Below, piece after piece: positions 61,223 through 64,000 of a DNA stretch of 64,000 nucleotides. A model generated the notes under the pieces. The model searched no databases. It had not been told where the DNA came from and worked only from the letters and a program-made list of their open reading frames with translations. Location: IMG/VR virus record IMGVR_UViG_3300045988_063953; one strand, 5' to 3'. Position 1 is the first letter of the stretch; each line of letters opens with the position of its first letter. Position numbers and translations under genes: made by a program. The stretch is from a virus.

Positions 61223-64000
61223 TTAAAAACTACAAGATAATATACAATGATGATTTCCAGAATGTCCTTGTTCATGATAATTACTGTTTTTACTAACGTA
61301 CATTCCAGCAATATAAAATACATCTTGATATTCCCTATATGAAGTCAATACGTAATACCTTGTTAAAGGATTCCATGTAAGATAAAAAGTATCATCATTT
61401 ATTTTTAATAACTCATCTATTGTATCTTTAGTACTTATAAACCAATTTCCAGCGGCAAAACGACTATCTAATTTTTCATTAGGTTTAATAGTCGGTTCAT
61501 AACATCTTGTTTGTCCAATAATACTATTAATCTTTCTATAATAGCCAAAGTTACTTTTATCATATTCTTTAAACCTATCGCCAAGTAGGTTTGCTAAAAA
61601 TAAAGAAACTACATAAGTATTTATATATCCAGCTGGAACAATAGTACCTATGGGAATATTAGGAACTTTGTTTGTTCTACAAGTAGTAAGTAAAGTATTA
61701 ATATTAGTTGTAGAATCTAAATTGCTATCTAAATTGTTATTTGGATTAAACTCTTTTAGCCAATAGCCAAATAAAGGCGTTAAAGACATGCATAATCTTA
61801 TATCCTTATCAATATAATAGCAATAACCTACTAATGTCTTATTACGATTTATTATATCAGAAGTAGTACCGTCTGCATAAACCCAATCTTTTACTTTAGT
61901 AGTACGCTTATAGAATCCAACATTAAATTCAGCTTTAAGTACACTTCCGTCAGATTTAACAACATCGGCTTTAATAGTAGCCTTAGCACTTGTATCATCT
62001 TTAGTAGAAGATATTTTAGTAACATATAGCTGACCTGTCTTAGGGTTAATCGTAGCATAAGGATTTTCCGTAATACTCCAAAAAACACTACTGATATTAT
62101 TTGCACTAATAGGTGTGGCATAAATAGAGTACTCGTTATCAGCAACTTCTTGAATATAAGAATCTCCGCTAATCTCTACAGCCGTACAATTAATAATGTT
62201 GTAAACTATATGTAACTTATTACTATTATCATCTATATTACCCCACTTTTCAACCGCTTTAACTTTATCCTCAAAGCTAAGAGTAAAACCACTAAGAGTA
62301 ATCTTACCTTGTAAGTCAGCGTTACTATTGATAAGAATATCCCAAATAGATTTATCTGTAATTGTTAAGTCAATATTCTTAGCCTCAATAAACTTTAGCT
62401 TACCATTGGCTGCAAGTTTAACTAACATAGTAGCAAAATCTATATTAGGACAATCATAATAAGTAAACTTAGTTATATTATCAGTTCCAGCTAATACTAA
62501 ATCACTTGCTTGAAGAGAAGTAAAACCTGTAAGATTAAGCTCTGTAATAGTAGCAGGAAGAGAAAGTTTCTTAAGATATTGATTAGGAAGAGATTTAACT
62601 CCTAAAATACCACTACCTGTAAAATCAATTTCTTCGCATATCTCACTATTAATATTAATAACTTTTCTAAGATTCTTTACATTAGTAACAATAACCTTTT
62701 TAAGAAGAGTCATTTTACTTAAATCGAAAGAAGTACCTTCTTCAAGTGTATTAGGTAATGTTTCAGAATACTTCATAATAAACTCTGTAAGAGAAATACA
62801 AAGTCCCATGTTAGCATCAAAATAGAAATTACCAAAACCTTCAAAACCATAATAAGTTATTTCACCAGAAGTAGACCTTGTATAAGTCTTGATATCAGTA
62901 ACCATATCACAGTCATCAATATCAAATGTTGCATTCTGTGGATTACTAAAACCAAAAGGAATAAGAGCATAATCTCCATCAATAGAACGTTTAGTAACAA
63001 AGTTATTAGCACCCCATTGAACGCTTGCGTACATTGGAGAATAATGCTTTATAGCAATACCTTTACCATTCTCATAAAGACGAAGTCGAAGATTGTTAAC
63101 AATACTTTGTCCGCAACAATATTTACTATCAAGATAACGGAATCGTTTAGTATAAAAATATTTACTTAGTTGAAGTTTATCACCATATGCTTTTTCAAAG
63201 TTATTTGTATTAACATAACCCATAGCATCAGCGTTATAAATATTTTCACAAAGTTGTTTCCAATAACTAAGATATTCAGCAAACATATCTTTAGCATTGA
63301 AACCATTACTCTGCATAAGTTTATAAATATTCTTAATATCATCACTCCAACAACTCCAAATCAAGTCCATAAGACCACTATAACGACCATTAAATACAGG
63401 ACTATATCCTTGCTCTAAATGAGGATTCCAAGTATTAGTATCATTGTTGTAATCTTCACCACTCATTTGAAGAGTTTTACCAGTAGCAACATTGAAACTA
63501 TCATTCCACTCATGCCAATACTTGAAAGTAAGAACTCCTGAGTTATTAAACAAATCACGACTATCAGTATCACGTAAGAATAATCTTGCAGGAGCCCATT
63601 GAATAGTTCCATCAGGTAAGGTAACAATATCATCATAAGCAAGACTTGAATTCTTATCCATACCATCCATTCCAATAATACCTTCATTAAAGATAAAATA
63701 GAATATAGCATCACTCTTTACAAGATAAGGTTTGTATTCATTTACAAACTTAGCTTTACGATAATCAACACTATCTTTAGTGTAAGTAACATCATTATAT
63801 TTTACAGGACGGTCTAAAGTTCTATAATCTCCATGTTGTTTCTTATATCGTTCAGCAAGATGATAGTTACAATCAACAATCCAATTATGGGTACGAGAAA
63901 TACAAGCAATTTCTTTATTTGCTGCATCTATATTATCAGTAGCTAATTTAATAGCACCAAACTTATTAGATTTATTAGTTGGTGACTTTTTAGGAATACG
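61223..64000 (-). CDS. receptor-binding/tail-fibre-type protein, 5' end outside the window
   Basis: The frame stays open from 63670 to 64000, with no tta/cta/tca triplets in frame. Has an LRR-like segment (LSLPATITELNLTGFTSLQASDLVLAG) and an Ig-like segment (ISGDSYIQEV...ATIKADVVKSDGSVLKAEFNVGF). Confidence 0.65.
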   Translation of the reverse strand, partial: RIPKKSPTNKSNKFGAIKLATDNIDAANKEIACISRTHNWIVDCNYHLAERYKKQHGDYRTLDRPVKYNDVTYTKDSVDYRKAKFVNEYKPYLVKSDAIFYFIFNEGIIGMDGMDKNSSLAYDDIVTLPDGTIQWAPARLFLRDTDSRDLFNNSGVLTFKYWHEWNDSFNVATGKTLQMSGEDYNNDTNTWNPHLEQGYSPVFNGRYSGLMDLIWSCWSDDIKNIYKLMQSNGFNAKDMFAEYLSYWKQLCENIYNADAMGYVNTNNFEKAYGDKLQLSKYFYTKRFRYLDSKYCCGQSIVNNLRLRLYENGKGIAIKHYSPMYASVQWGANNFVTKRSIDGDYALIPFGFSNPQNATFDIDDCDMVTDIKTYTRSTSGEITYYGFEGFGNFYFDANMGLCISLTEFIMKYSETLPNTLEEGTSFDLSKMTLLKKVIVTNVKNLRKVININSEICEEIDFTGSGILGVKSLPNQYLKKLSLPATITELNLTGFTSLQASDLVLAGTDNITKFTYYDCPNIDFATMLVKLAANGKLKFIEAKNIDLTITDKSIWDILINSNADLQGKITLSGFTLSFEDKVKAVEKWGNIDDNSNKLHIVYNIINCTAVEISGDSYIQEVADNEYSIYATPISANNISSVFWSITENPYATINPKTGQLYVTKISSTKDDTSAKATIKADVVKSDGSVLKAEFNVGFYKRTTKVKDWVYADGTTSDIINRNKTLVGYCYYIDKDIRLCMSLTPLFGYWLKEFNPNNNLDSNLDSTTNINTLLTTCRTNKVPNIPIGTIVPAGYINTYVVSLFLANLLGDRFKEYDKSNFGYYRKINSIIGQTRCYEPTIKPNEKLDSRFAAGNWFISTKDTIDELLKINDDTFYLTWNPLTRYYVLTSYREYQDVFYIAGMYVSKNSNYHEQGHSGNHHCILSCSF

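Noticed and set aside
1-64000. Global stop-codon reassignment (TAG or TGA recoding), as reported for some crAss-like lineages.
   Set aside because: ORFs of 4477, 2371, 1412 and 771 aa, among others, are intact in the standard code. Only the single TGA at 22414 is suspicious.

Overview
AT-rich, densely packed, phage-like window. Gene content and layout fit a crAss-like (Crassvirales-type) phage of a Bacteroidota host. This call rests on motif recognition by eye only; no database search was possible. There are two convergent gene blocks. (1) The + strand from about 1.0 to 26.4 kb carries small early-type ORFs and a replication and nucleotide-metabolism module: SF1 Dda/RecD-like helicase, UDG-like protein, family B DNA polymerase, SF2 helicase-like protein, SSB-like protein with a C-terminal DMPF tail, Toprim-like primase candidate, ATP-dependent DNA ligase, ThyX, dUTPase, thioredoxin-like protein, DUF932-like and Gp157-like proteins. 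(2) The - strand from 26.8 to 64.0 kb carries a virion/late block. It includes a 4477-aa giant ORF with a DFDID motif like the metal-binding motif of crAss-like virion RNA polymerases, a 2371-aa ORF with an HExxH motif, 1412-, 666-, 637- and 393-aa virion-type ORFs, three small membrane proteins, and a receptor-binding-type protein that runs off the window end. Five exact TATATTTG boxes match the Bacteroidota -7 promoter element TAnnTTTG, and several intrinsic-terminator hairpins punctuate the blocks. I recognised no tRNA, rRNA, CRISPR array, integrase or transposase. The main finding is a GC-rich motif of about 20-24 bp, consensus TAnCTCCCCCGTAAARGAAATGT, present in 17 copies between 2.2 and 59.7 kb. 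It lies in both intergenic spacers and coding sequence, where it is read in four different reading frames. Its orientation alternates strictly over the first 15 copies, and its spacing is quasi-regular at about 3.1-3.8 kb across the giant genes. I cannot assign it to any feature class I know. Secondary observations are an in-frame TGA followed by 60 open codons, an iteron-bearing tract that switches from purine-rich to pyrimidine-rich at the left end, a candidate structured non-coding transcript, a trio of mini membrane ORFs below the ORF-track cutoff, a 16-bp GC-rich palindrome upstream of the late promoter, and a GC-rich codon-usage island inside the 2371-aa gene.
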